Below are positions 19,378 to 29,820 of a stretch of DNA of 64,000 bases, piece by piece. Positions within the stretch are counted from its first letter, which is position 1, and every line of letters starts with the position of its first letter. The stretch is from Chitinophagaceae bacterium (GTDB lineage: Bacteria > Bacteroidota > Bacteroidia > Chitinophagales > Chitinophagaceae): contig CANCVE010000013.1 in assembly GCA_947381435.1 (NCBI GenBank), positions 529 to 64,528 on the forward strand. The letters run 5' to 3'. A program made the translations under genes and the position numbers. The notes below the pieces were generated by a model, which worked only from the letters and a program-made list of their open reading frames with translations, was not told where the DNA came from and did no database searches.

Positions 19378-19632
19378 ATTGTTGCCGTTTCATGAGCAAT
19401 AAAAGCAATGGAAAGGGATACTGTTTGCCGTTAATGAGATAAAAACGGCAATGGGAAGGGATAATGTTTGCCGTTTATGCGACAAAAACGGCAATGGGAA
19501 GGGGTATTGGTTGCCGTTTATAGGGCAAAAACGGCAATGGGAAGAGGTATTGGTTGCCGTTTATGAGACAAAAACGGCAATGGGAAGGGGTATTGGTTGC
19601 CGTTTATGGGGCAAAAACGGCAATGGGAAGAC
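19378..19632. repeat. Tandem array, about 5.5 units x 43 bp, each unit a hairpin AAACGGCAA-N17-TTGCCGTTT
   Basis: Unit starts are at 19441, 19484, 19527, 19570 and 19613, plus a degenerate unit at about 19398. Confidence 0.9.
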
Positions 19633-19813
19633 CTTAAAATAACCTTAAAGTCAAGTAGTTGAACGTAAAATATAAATATTGAGAAACAAATTTTGAAATA
19701 ATGATTGTTTTTAAGTGTTATTGATGTTTAATCAAAGGGATTTTGATTAATTGATAAAAATTAAAGTACAATCTCTATATTTATCCTATAAATAATGTTA
19801 TAAAAAGAAAGTT

Positions 19814-20314
19814 ATGAATGATTCTGCAAGTGATATGGACGAAAATAAGTTGCCTTCTACCATTAATACCTTAACAATATTGACTTTTGTGGGTAGTGGA
19901 TTGGGGATTGTTTCTGGTATATGGAGTTATTTTAAAAGTGCTAGCAACCTAGCTAAGATGCAAGAAATGGTAAATAGCCCCCAATTTGAAAAAATGCCCA
20001 ACTTTGCTAAGAAAATGTACAGTCCGGAAGCATTAGAATTATATAGAAAGGTGGATGAAAACAAACTACCCATTGGTATAGTTAATTTTCTCGGTTGTGC
20101 CTTATGTATTTATGGCGCTCTTGAAATGAGGAAACTGAAAAAGAATGGTTTTTATACTTACTGCATTGGTGAAGTTCTACCGTTTGTAGGAACACTTTTA
20201 TTTATAGGGGCCGACTTTTTTAAATCTGGATGGACGGCTTACTCAACAGCAGCTTTTGCAGCGCTTTTTATCATACTGTACGCCGCACAAATGAAACTCA
20301 TGACAAAACAATGA
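19814..20314 (+). CDS. Hypothetical membrane protein
   Basis: 166 aa with about 4 predicted TM segments and no motifs. Confidence 0.5.
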   Translation: MNDSASDMDENKLPSTINTLTILTFVGSGLGIVSGIWSYFKSASNLAKMQEMVNSPQFEKMPNFAKKMYSPEALELYRKVDENKLPIGIVNFLGCALCIYGALEMRKLKKNGFYTYCIGEVLPFVGTLLFIGADFFKSGWTAYSTAAFAALFIILYAAQMKLMTKQ

Positions 20315-20387
20315 AGAGTTAACGTTTCAGTTTATATTTCAAATATTTGGATAAATAAAATCGTTATGAGTTCATAAAACATAATTT

Positions 20388-21435
20388 ATGATACGAAAAG
20401 AATTCCATGCATTGGCAGACAAACGCTATGATGAACTTCAAGCTCTCAACAAGTTAGATAATTTTTATGACTATGAAAAAGAGTTTGTGTGTATATAGCA
20501 AGAAATAGGTCGTTCTGTATTGGGAAGTAATTTAGGCAAGCTTCCTGAAGACAGACAAAAAAACTTACTACTCTAGGTTATGTGACCATACTCAACGACA
20601 GTGCTTTCAGTAAAACTGCCAATAATTTCCATATCAGCCCCTTACTTCAAGAACAGATGGTATTCACAGGTCAATCGGATTGCTATTCAAAAAGCAATGC
20701 GTTCATCAAAAAGTTTCTGTCCATAGATGTCGGTGCTGCGCAGGTATTCAGGGTGACTGATTTTGGGGGAACAATTGGGTAAGGATAAAGAACTGCTAGA
20801 ACGAAATATTACCCCCTTGCAACAGGAAGAGGTGCTTTATGTAGGGGTTGACGGCTCAATGGTATTTACCCGCGATGATGGGAGGAAGGAGGTGAAACTA
20901 GGGCAACTATTTAAGAGTGGAAACTGCATTGACCCCAATGGAAATACAAGATGGATAAGGCATTCACAGTATATGGCACTTCTTGGAGACAGTAAAACAT
21001 TTACTGGACAGATGGACGAACTTATCGCATCTTATGGGGTACAGGGCAATCCCTTTGTGTTCCTTTTGGATGGTGCTACTTGGATAAGCAACTGGGTGGA
21101 AGATACTTTTCCGGATGCCATTGCCATGTTAGATTACTTCCATGCAAGTGAACACTTATATCAATTTGTTTACCTATAAGCAAGTTGGTAAAATATGGGC
21201 AAATGAGCAAGAAACATTGCTGAAGGAAAGCAAGGTTGAAGAGGTAATCTTAAACATTAAGGCATTAACCAACTATAAAGTCAAGGGTGGGCAGAAACTA
21301 ATAACCCATTTTGAAAACAATAAACATAGGATGGACTACAAGGCTTACTAGGCAATAGTTGTGGTTATAATAGGCTCAGGGGCAATAAAGTCTGCACAAA
21401 GAACCGTTATTCAAAAGAGGATGAAGCTATCATGA
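20388..21435 (+). pseudogene. Decayed ISKra4-like transposase (multiple stops and frameshifts)
   Basis: Fragments in three frames: MIRKEFHALADKRYDELQ...; ...VDGSMVFTRDDG.KEVKLG...LLDGATWI.NWV...DYFHASEHL; ...GSGAIKSAQRTVIQKRMKLS. The family assignment is from memory of the DxxH..EHL and GSGxIES motifs. Confidence 0.55.
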
Positions 21436-21805
21436 TAAAAACTACATCCTCTTACGAAAGAACAAAAGGCAGAAAATACCATCTTAGCGAAACAAATAAT
21501 TCCAATTGAACATAAAGACGTACTATGTAAAATTTTTAAAATAACACAGCAAACATTCAGGGGAAAACTTAAAAATTATCATAAGACATGGTTGATAATT
21601 GCGGCTATTGTCAATCTCAAAGAAACAACCTGCCAATTGAGATAAGCAAAAGCTTAATATATTTTGAAAAGAACTCTAACTAAATATGAATAGTCTTATT
21701 GTTAAGTTAATACATGAAAATCGTTCATCTTCTCATTAGAAATATACAAATAATATTCTTTTTAAACAAGCCAAATAATGAACGTACTTTGGCAAAATTC
21801 AAAGG

Positions 21806-23362
21806 ATGTTTAAGGAAAGGACTTTTATCATTGTATTGTTTTGTGCCGTATTAACCGTTTCTACTATTGTACTTCAATATCTAAACCCAACGCAAGGATT
21901 TCTAGACGGTGGACTTATTGCCGCCATTCTACTCACAATCTGGGTAAAAGAAGACATCTACACACAAATATTTGGCATAATCAGTTTCATATCCATTGCT
22001 ATTGCCTCATTTTATCCAAATGACAATGTAAGTAGATTGCAGATTTTACTTGAACACCTTTTTCCTGCAATTATCGTAGTTATAACAACGTTTTCAGTTT
22101 TATATATTAAAAGAATGTACTTATCAATGGAATCGGACGAAAGACAGCTTAATGCACTATTTGAGCATGCTACTGAAGGAATTATTCTTACTGATAAAAC
22201 CGGAAAAATCGTACTGGTAAATCCAGCAGTATTATCGTTGTTTAAATATGAAATGAAAGATATGATTGGTTCTCCAATAGAAATGCTCATACCAAAAAGA
22301 TTTCACCAACACCACGATCATTATCGGGAAGGATTTTATAATAATCCTTCCAATAGGACAATGGGGCATGGACGCGACCTATTTGGTGTTAGAAAAGATG
22401 GTATCGAAATGCCAGTGGAGATAAGCCTAAGCTACTATAAGCAAAAAGGTGAGTTTTTTGTGATAGCTTTTGTAGTAGACATTACACTTAGAAAAAAATC
22501 GGAAGCTATTTTACTAGAACAAAAGAACAAGCTTGAATTAGTTACTTCTACGATAAAAAAATTGAATATTGAGTTGGAGGATAAAGTAGAGCAACGTACA
22601 TTAATACTCAAAGAAGCATTACAACAACTAGAGATTTCTCAAATGGAACTTAGCGAAGCATTACAAAAAGAAAAGGACCTGAATGAGATAAAATCACGCT
22701 TTGTTTCAATGGCTTCGCATGAGTTTAGAACTCCACTAAGTACCGTTCTTTCATCAGCATCACTTATTGGTCGTTATATTAAAGAAGAAGAACAACCCAA
22801 TAGAGACAGGCATATAAAGAAAATAAAGGAGTCTGTGAAGCATCTAAATGATTTACTAGAAGACTTTCTTTCATTGGGAAAACTGGAAGAAGGGCGTGTG
22901 GAAGCTGTGATTGTTTCGTTTGATGTTCGTGAGTTTGCAGAAGAAGTTTTAGATGAATTAGATGCGGTAAAGAAACCAAACCAATCAATAACACTAAACT
23001 TTGAAGGAGACATTCAGTTTATTACGGACAAACGTTTACTAAAGAATATATTCTTAAACCTAATAAGTAATGCCATTAAATTCTCTAGCGACAATGGCAA
23101 AATAACAGTTGCCATTATTAATAAGAATAAGTTGCTGCAAACTGTGGTAGAAGATTCGGGAATAGGAATATCAGAAGAAGACCAAGAACATTTGTTCTCA
23201 AGCTTTTATCGTGGGCGCAATGCAGTTAATATACAAGGAACAGGATTAGGGCTTCACATTGTAAAACGCTATACAGATATTTTACAAGGAACAATTTCAT
23301 TGAAAAGCGAATTAGAGAAAGGAACTACTATATGTGTAGAGTTACCTCAATTGGATGATTGA
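21806..23362 (+). CDS. Sensor histidine kinase (TM region, PAS, HisKA, HATPase_c)
   Basis: H-box SHEFRTPLS, N-box NLISNAIKF, and G-boxes DSGIGI and GTGLGL. Confidence 0.85.
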   Translation: MFKERTFIIVLFCAVLTVSTIVLQYLNPTQGFLDGGLIAAILLTIWVKEDIYTQIFGIISFISIAIASFYPNDNVSRLQILLEHLFPAIIVVITTFSVLYIKRMYLSMESDERQLNALFEHATEGIILTDKTGKIVLVNPAVLSLFKYEMKDMIGSPIEMLIPKRFHQHHDHYREGFYNNPSNRTMGHGRDLFGVRKDGIEMPVEISLSYYKQKGEFFVIAFVVDITLRKKSEAILLEQKNKLELVTSTIKKLNIELEDKVEQRTLILKEALQQLEISQMELSEALQKEKDLNEIKSRFVSMASHEFRTPLSTVLSSASLIGRYIKEEEQPNRDRHIKKIKESVKHLNDLLEDFLSLGKLEEGRVEAVIVSFDVREFAEEVLDELDAVKKPNQSITLNFEGDIQFITDKRLLKNIFLNLISNAIKFSSDNGKITVAIINKNKLLQTVVEDSGIGISEEDQEHLFSSFYRGRNAVNIQGTGLGLHIVKRYTDILQGTISLKSELEKGTTICVELPQLDD

Positions 23363-23410
23363 ATATAGAAAAGTTGATTAAAATGAAGGGTTGGTTTAGT
23401 TGAGAAATTG

Positions 23411-24361
23411 TTAGGCTAATGATTTAAAACGTTCTCTTATCTTACCACACAAATCAGTTTCTATCATTCTTACGGCAAGCTTAATCATATTATTAAATGC
23501 CTTTGCGGTACTGATGCCATGACCGAGAATTACAGGTTTGTTTACACCAATTACTGGCGAACCGCCATAATTTTCGTAGTGAAAACGGTTATAATATGGA
23601 TCATTCTCCATTCCTTTTAGCGCCATCAAATCGTAGAAGGTTTCGGCCATCTTCAAAACGATGTTACCCACAAATCCATCACAAACCATTACATCGGCCT
23701 TATCGTTAAAAAAGTCGCGGCCTTCTATATTTCCAATAAAATTAATTAGGTTATTTTCTTTTAAGATAGGATAGGTTGCTTGGGCTAGTGCATTGCCCTT
23801 ACCTTCTTCTTCTCCAATATTTATTAACCCTACAGAAGGATTTTCAATGTCGTAAATGTAATGAGAATAAAGGCTTCCCAGCATGGCAAACTGGTTAAGG
23901 TGTTCTGGTTTACAATCTGCATTCAAACCTGCATCAAGCAATACACCGTTTCCACCATTTATCTTTGGAATAATGGCACTCACCGTAGGGCGAAGAACGC
24001 CTTCTATTGGTTTTACGGCAAACATTGCCCCTACAAGCATAGCACCAGTGTTACCAGCACTTATAAAAGCATCAAGCTTACCAGTTGCCAACAAATGAAA
24101 GCCAATTACAATAGAACTCTGTTGCTTTTCTTTGAATGCCTTGGTAGGATGATCATGGTAACCTATTACCTCTGGTGCGTGAATTACATGCAAAAAAGGT
24201 GATGAGATACTGTGTTCTTCAAATAAAGACTTCACAGTGACCCCATCACCTATACAAAATATATTTACACCACTTTTATTAGACTGAATATGTAGCAGCA
24301 AACCCTTCACAGCTTCTTGCGGTGCAAAGTCGCCACCCATCATGTCAATGCCAATATTCAT
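23411..24361 (-). CDS. plsX: Phosphate acyltransferase PlsX
   Basis: MNIGIDMMGGDFAP...; operon with rpmF. Confidence 0.9.
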   Translation of the reverse strand: MNIGIDMMGGDFAPQEAVKGLLLHIQSNKSGVNIFCIGDGVTVKSLFEEHSISSPFLHVIHAPEVIGYHDHPTKAFKEKQQSSIVIGFHLLATGKLDAFISAGNTGAMLVGAMFAVKPIEGVLRPTVSAIIPKINGGNGVLLDAGLNADCKPEHLNQFAMLGSLYSHYIYDIENPSVGLINIGEEEGKGNALAQATYPILKENNLINFIGNIEGRDFFNDKADVMVCDGFVGNIVLKMAETFYDLMALKGMENDPYYNRFHYENYGGSPVIGVNKPVILGHGISTAKAFNNMIKLAVRMIETDLCGKIRERFKSLA

Positions 24362-24410
24362 GCTTGGAAAATAGATTGTTAAACTAAAATAATCTAGTAA
24401 AAGCTAAGTA

Positions 24411-24605
24411 CTAAGCTTTTAATGGAGCTTTTTCAGAAACTAATTTACCCTTGTAAAACAACTTACCTTCACTTACGTGTGCACGGTGACGTACATGTAT
24501 TTCACCAGTAGTTGTATCCTTGCTCAATGTAACTTCTTGTGCTACATAGTGTGTTCTTCTTTTCGCGCTACGTTGTTGCGAATGCCTACGTTTGGGATTT
24601 GGCAT
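24411..24605 (-). CDS. rpmF: 50S ribosomal protein L32
   Basis: MPNPKRRHSQQRSAKRRTH... Confidence 0.9.
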   Translation of the reverse strand: MPNPKRRHSQQRSAKRRTHYVAQEVTLSKDTTTGEIHVRHRAHVSEGKLFYKGKLVSEKAPLKA

Positions 24606-24657
24606 AATGTCAAATTTATTTAATTAAAAACTATTGTTACTATAATAAAAGGGCAAA

Positions 24658-25200
24658 CTATTTTAACCCTTTAAATTTATCTAATCCTTTCCACATTGGA
24701 TTTGCTTGCTTATTCACCTCTTCTTCCATCTGTCTAAGCTTTTCCAAAACTTCTACATTGCATTGAGGACCACCCATTTCTTTCTCATCGCACATTTTTT
24801 GAAGAGGAACAGATAATGAAACAAACTCATAAATCCAATCCGCAACCTTCAAATGGCTCTCTCCTCTACTGATGTAATAAATATCGGGATCCTCTTCTGT
24901 CAAATTCATTGTTTCGGGTTCTTCCACCATCTTTACGATGATGTTAAACTCCTCCCACAATTGCTTTTTAAGTGGATTGCTACATCTATCACAAACAACA
25001 TCAGCAAAGCCATCTATGTCAAACTTAAGTTGCAAAAAGCCATTCTTCTTGTCTAATAGCAATTTTATTTTTGCCGAACAATTAGTAAAATCCTGCTCCC
25101 CATACGCTGCAAAGAACTTATCGTCTATACTGTATTCAAACTCATGAACACCAGGCCTCAACCCTACAAATGCAATTTCGAATTCTCTACGGTTGTTCAT
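24658..25200 (-). CDS. DUF177 (YceD-like) protein
   Basis: It occupies the conserved position upstream of rpmF-plsX and has the motif VCDRCSNPL. Confidence 0.8.
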   Translation of the reverse strand: MNNRREFEIAFVGLRPGVHEFEYSIDDKFFAAYGEQDFTNCSAKIKLLLDKKNGFLQLKFDIDGFADVVCDRCSNPLKKQLWEEFNIIVKMVEEPETMNLTEEDPDIYYISRGESHLKVADWIYEFVSLSVPLQKMCDEKEMGGPQCNVEVLEKLRQMEEEVNKQANPMWKGLDKFKGLK

Positions 25201-25299
25201 GTCCGCTTTTTTTGGGTGGGCGAAAGTACGTTATCAATTTGGATTGACAAAAGGAAAGTTTGGTTCAACGAAATTTATTAAGATATTTACCAAATAATT

Positions 25300-26394
25300 A
25301 TGTGTATAACTACAAAAAATAGCCGTTGCAAATATATAGAATGGGGTCTCCTATTATTTACAGCCGCACTATTAAAACTTTTTTCCCTCTCCCCTAATTT
25401 GGTAGAGCACTATTATTCCACAAATATTTATACTCACCTCTCCTATTTACAAAGAATACTTCTTGGTTGGCTCCCATTTAGTTTCGGCGATGTTTGTTAC
25501 GCTATCTTTGGCATCTTCCTGTTTATTTCTTTTTTACGAATACTTTTCCGCCTCTATCAACGCAAATACACAACACAAATACTCTTTAACCAATTATCCT
25601 TTCTAGGAAAAAGCATTTTAGTAGTCTATATCATATTTTCTTTGTTTTGGGGATTAAACTATACCCGCCAAGGAGTTGAAGCTCAGTACAATTTAAAAAA
25701 CACAACTTATTCTGATACTGAACTAAAAGATTTACTCTGCGATATTACCGAGGAACTTAATAGTACTAGAAAGCAATTGGGTGATAGCAACTTTGTTTAT
25801 CCATCTAATGATTCTATTTTCAAAATGGCTATCACTGCGTATGACTTTGCAAAGACAAAGTCCCCTTTCTTAGCACACAATCATCATTCTTTAAAGTCTT
25901 CTCTGTACACACCCATCATCAGTTATCTTGGCTATTCTGGCTATTATAATCCATTTACAGGCGAAGCTCAGGTAAACACAGATTTGCCAAAGTTCTACAT
26001 GCCCTATGTTACTTGTCATGAGATGGCACATCAGTTGGGATATGCTAGTGAGAGCGAGGCAAGTTTTGTAGGTTATTTAGTTGCCAAACAGTCTAACAAT
26101 ACTTTGCTAATCTATTCAGCCCTTTTCGAACTTTTTATTACTGCCAACAGCGAACTTATGTACAGGGATTTCTTTAGTGGTCTGTTAAATATCAAGTCAC
26201 TAAATAAGCTAGTCAGAAAAGATATGCGCGCCTACAAAAGTTATATTTTAAGGAGCAAGAACGACTTTGAGCCAATAGTTAAAATAGCCTACGACCATTA
26301 TCTTAAAGCCAATCAGCAAAAGAGTGGTATAAACAGTTATAATGAATTGGTGGGCTGGGTAATTGCTTATCGAAAAAGTAATCTATCACAGTAG
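25300..26394 (+). CDS. DUF3810 domain membrane zinc-peptidase-like protein
   Basis: N-terminal TM segments and the HEMAHQLGY zincin motif. Confidence 0.7.
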   Translation: MCITTKNSRCKYIEWGLLLFTAALLKLFSLSPNLVEHYYSTNIYTHLSYLQRILLGWLPFSFGDVCYAIFGIFLFISFLRILFRLYQRKYTTQILFNQLSFLGKSILVVYIIFSLFWGLNYTRQGVEAQYNLKNTTYSDTELKDLLCDITEELNSTRKQLGDSNFVYPSNDSIFKMAITAYDFAKTKSPFLAHNHHSLKSSLYTPIISYLGYSGYYNPFTGEAQVNTDLPKFYMPYVTCHEMAHQLGYASESEASFVGYLVAKQSNNTLLIYSALFELFITANSELMYRDFFSGLLNIKSLNKLVRKDMRAYKSYILRSKNDFEPIVKIAYDHYLKANQQKSGINSYNELVGWVIAYRKSNLSQ

Positions 26395-26503
26395 CATTAG
26401 AAAAATATAAGTACAGTAACCCACCTCAACTACAGTACTTATAAAAGCTTTTTATCTTTTCAGCGAATATTTATTGAACGAATAACTCTTCCCCTTTTCT
26501 CTT

Positions 26504-29008
26504 TCAATATTGTATTTCTATTTGATTAATTACCAATCCTGGGTCTAATATATAAATTCTAATATTGGTCTGTTGCTTCTTTGCAGAAACATTATGCTCA
26601 GACGTGCCGACAGAAAAACCACATAGCACATTTTTACTCCAAACTTTACCACTAGCATCCACGTTTACATTTACCACTTGTGGCTTATCTCCATTTACCG
26701 AGATAGCATAGCGTAGTTGATAATCGCTATTTATACTGTGTGTAGGCAAACACTTCACGGTAATTTGATGTGTCCCTTCTTTTAGTTCTGCGTTATAATC
26801 TATATAAGGAGCGTCTGCTACTTTGCTACTACTACTTGTGGTTGGCAGAATAGTTACGCCGCTTCCACCAATACCCAATCCTTGTATGGCAGTAACATTT
26901 TTACCTTCCACATCATGCTTAGACGTCCATTTACTAGCCTGTATAATAGTAAGTCCCTCTGCACTAACCTTCGTTTTAATGGTAGAATCAATTGAGGTGT
27001 TTATCATAGAATCATTTGCAACGCTTGGCATTTTAAATACTGTCTGATTGCGCGGATGCGAACTCATTATCCCATTCCATTTGCCATTATTTAGTTTATT
27101 GTACACTATTGTAAGGCTATCTATTTCCTTATAAGCTGCCAATGCTTTACTACTAAATGAAAGCGCGTTCTTATCTCCCTGTTTTGCTAAAGTAATACTC
27201 TTTTTAGCCAATAGCATTTTCTGATTCATTAGGGCAGCCCCTTTTACAGGGTATAAAACCAACTCAAAAAACGCATCCTTCAAGCGGCTAGGCATTTGCG
27301 TGTACAATTCTTCTGCTTTTTGGGATATATTATCGTATGCCTGTAGTCTGGCATCAGCCTCTGCATCACTATAGTTTACATACAATAAGTGCTCGGGTTT
27401 TCCTGCTTGAGCCAATTCGTAATACTTATTTTTAATAGCAGCAATAGATTCCGCAAATTCTTCACCAAAGGTTTCTGTCGCCCAATGCCTACTATAATCT
27501 ATGGCCTTCTCTGGTTGCCATTTCTTTACGTTGTATGCCAAATCCATTGCAAAATTTATCTCCATTTCTGCAGGCTTTAGGTCGCCCACATTAAACACCC
27601 AAAGCTTCTTTGCATTCCAATTATAAGCTTTGGTCATTTCGTAAGAAGTTAGTGACGGCGATATAGATGAAAGCCATAAAAAGTCTTGCGGGGCTCCCCA
27701 ATACGAAAAGTGGTAATAAACCCCGCTACCCCCACTTCTGCTCAATTCTTGCTTATTGGACAATTGGTTGATGTAGCCATGATTATCGTCCGACCAAACA
27801 ATGGTAACATCTTCTGGCAGCTTCATTCCATACCTATAAATATCTAATACTTCCTTGTAAGGACAAAACAGTTGAGGGATGTCTTTAATTGGCTTATTAT
27901 AGGTCTTGGTCAGTATTTCACGTTGATCCGATATAATGGTTTCCAACAAATCCCTTTTGCCCCCTATATCTTTTGGTCCAGGCATACTACCATCATGCAC
28001 ACCACGCATACCCACCGTAATCACCGATTCATAATCTTTTGCCTGCTCTATTCTATCGCGCCAGTAAGGGGCTATCTGTGCCTTGTTTACATCGTAACGC
28101 CACTCGCCGGGGTCTACGCCATATTCGTTTTTATAATTCTTTGCCCATTCAAAAACATTGTTTCTCAGCATCGGCTCGCAATGACTTGCGCCTACCACTA
28201 TCCCATACTTATCCGCCATTGCAGGATTTTCTTTATAATAGTAAAATGCCTTTGTACAAGGGTGCATGGCAGGCCATATAAAGTTTGCCTTTAGGCGTAG
28301 TAGCAACTCGAAGATGTGCTCGTAAGTATTTGGACCAATATCTTTTATATCAGTATCCATTTTCTTGGCAGCCCATGGCTGAATACCCCAATCTTCATCA
28401 TTTATAAATATTCCCCTGTATTTCACAGAAGGTTCTCCATTTACTTGTTTGCCATCCAACACAAAAAGAGACGCTTTGTGTTCAGGAACTACATCTGCCC
28501 ACCAATACCAAGGAGAAACACCCATCAATTTAGAGATTTCAAAAACACCATACGCCGTACCACGTGCATCACTACCTGCCACTACTAATGCTTTTGCAAT
28601 GCCGGGCAGTGGATTCTGAACTGTGGTAATGATGAAGGACTCCCACTTGCCCGCAATAGTATTTACATCTATTTTTTTTGATTGAATTAATTGCTTAATC
28701 AAAGAAGAATTTCCGATAGATCCGATAATGATGGGGGTTTTACCAATCTTATTCCCGTCAATTTGGAGCGGAAGTTTTTTACCCGTTACCAATAGAACAT
28801 CTTGTAGAAACGCATTAGCAGCAACACCTACCACCTTAGCATCCGCCGTATCGTAATAGATGGAAGCTACATCTGCATTGTCTACTATTGGAAATGAACT
28901 AGGTGTTTTTGTGGAGGTTATCTTAATAGTTGAGGCAGTGTTGGATTGCCCCAAACAAAGTGTTCCTAGTAGGCAAGCAAAAGCAAGGAATGAGTTTTTT
29001 TTCATCAT
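26504..29008 (-). CDS. Glycoside hydrolase family 115 (alpha-glucuronidase-like), secreted
   Basis: 834 aa with a signal peptide. VVAGSDARGTAYGVFEISKLMGVSPWYWWADV is typical of GH115. Confidence 0.75.
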   Translation of the reverse strand: MMKKNSFLAFACLLGTLCLGQSNTASTIKITSTKTPSSFPIVDNADVASIYYDTADAKVVGVAANAFLQDVLLVTGKKLPLQIDGNKIGKTPIIIGSIGNSSLIKQLIQSKKIDVNTIAGKWESFIITTVQNPLPGIAKALVVAGSDARGTAYGVFEISKLMGVSPWYWWADVVPEHKASLFVLDGKQVNGEPSVKYRGIFINDEDWGIQPWAAKKMDTDIKDIGPNTYEHIFELLLRLKANFIWPAMHPCTKAFYYYKENPAMADKYGIVVGASHCEPMLRNNVFEWAKNYKNEYGVDPGEWRYDVNKAQIAPYWRDRIEQAKDYESVITVGMRGVHDGSMPGPKDIGGKRDLLETIISDQREILTKTYNKPIKDIPQLFCPYKEVLDIYRYGMKLPEDVTIVWSDDNHGYINQLSNKQELSRSGGSGVYYHFSYWGAPQDFLWLSSISPSLTSYEMTKAYNWNAKKLWVFNVGDLKPAEMEINFAMDLAYNVKKWQPEKAIDYSRHWATETFGEEFAESIAAIKNKYYELAQAGKPEHLLYVNYSDAEADARLQAYDNISQKAEELYTQMPSRLKDAFFELVLYPVKGAALMNQKMLLAKKSITLAKQGDKNALSFSSKALAAYKEIDSLTIVYNKLNNGKWNGIMSSHPRNQTVFKMPSVANDSMINTSIDSTIKTKVSAEGLTIIQASKWTSKHDVEGKNVTAIQGLGIGGSGVTILPTTSSSSKVADAPYIDYNAELKEGTHQITVKCLPTHSINSDYQLRYAISVNGDKPQVVNVNVDASGKVWSKNVLCGFSVGTSEHNVSAKKQQTNIRIYILDPGLVINQIEIQY

Positions 29009-29228
29009 ACAAAAATATACTTTACTAATCTAATAATACGCTTATAAACATTTACTTTAAAGCTAAACTAACTTGTAAGCAGCATTATCAACTGAGTGGT
29101 TAGTTAATCTAACTTCCTTCAAAAAAATAAACATACAAGCCTGACACATCTCTACACTGTAAGTTTAATGGATAATAGTACACACTCAAAGGCTAGCCAA
29201 TAATCAAAACTGGCCAAAATATTATTAT

Positions 29229-29479
29229 TAACTCACCTTACGCATATTTATCAACACGATAGCAAAACCTTTTCATTCAACACATAGGAACATTAGACAC
29301 ATTGAAAAATAAGGTAAGAAGCGTTGCACTTTAAGGTCACATAGATGGGAGTATAAAAAGTGAAACCTTTTTTCCTATGTTTCCTTTTCTTTTTTCTTTT
29401 CAACCCAGCAGACTATGTTCCAAATGCTCCTATGTGTTTAATTTTACTAAATGTGAATAAAAATGCGTAACATCAGTTA
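29229..29479 (+). repeat. About 250-bp structured repeat, copy A (partner at 35498-35750)
   Basis: It aligns by eye at about 80% identity over its whole length with copy B. Internal stems are cacatag/ctatgtg and aacacataggaacat/atgctcctatgtgtt. The terminal inverted segments are ttacgcatatttatca / tgaataaaaatgcgtaa. Confidence 0.8.
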
Positions 29480-29528
29480 TTAATTTCTATCCGAATTATT
29501 CCTTGTCGCAACTAAACTCATTGAAGAA

Positions 29529-29738
29529 TTCTAATGACTATCCGCTATTTGGTAATTCGCTTACATCTTTTCCATAGTCTTTGCGTCATTTCGACGATAG
29601 GAGAAATCTAATTGAACCATTTAGGTCATACTATAACATAAAGCCTCTAATATTATTCCATGAGATTTCTCCTATCGTCGAAATGACGTTCACTGGTTCG
29701 AAATATGTTTATTACCAAATAGCGGATAGTCATTAGAA
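29529..29738. mobile_element. MITE-like nested palindrome (28-bp perfect outer IR, 26-bp perfect inner IR)
   Basis: The outer IR is ttctaatgactatccgctatttggtaat (29529-29556) with 29711-29738. The inner IR is 29583-29609 with 29663-29688 (gcgtcatttcgacgataggagaaatct). Confidence 0.7.
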
Positions 29739-29820
29739 ATCTACTATATCATGAATCTTTTAAAAATATTTTTTGTTCAATTGAATACAAATCATTTACT
29801 TTGCAATTCAAAGTACTTTT

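Noticed and set aside
19133-19380. Possible lysine riboswitch or leader-peptide attenuator upstream of aspartate kinase.
   Set aside because: I saw only a weak hairpin followed by a T-run (aaacacta...tagtgtcttt) and none of the conserved lysine-riboswitch core sequences I can recall. It needs an Rfam scan.
19451-19642. 63-aa ORF with repeated NGNGKG motifs.
   Set aside because: It lies entirely within the 43-bp hairpin array and reflects the repeat rather than coding.
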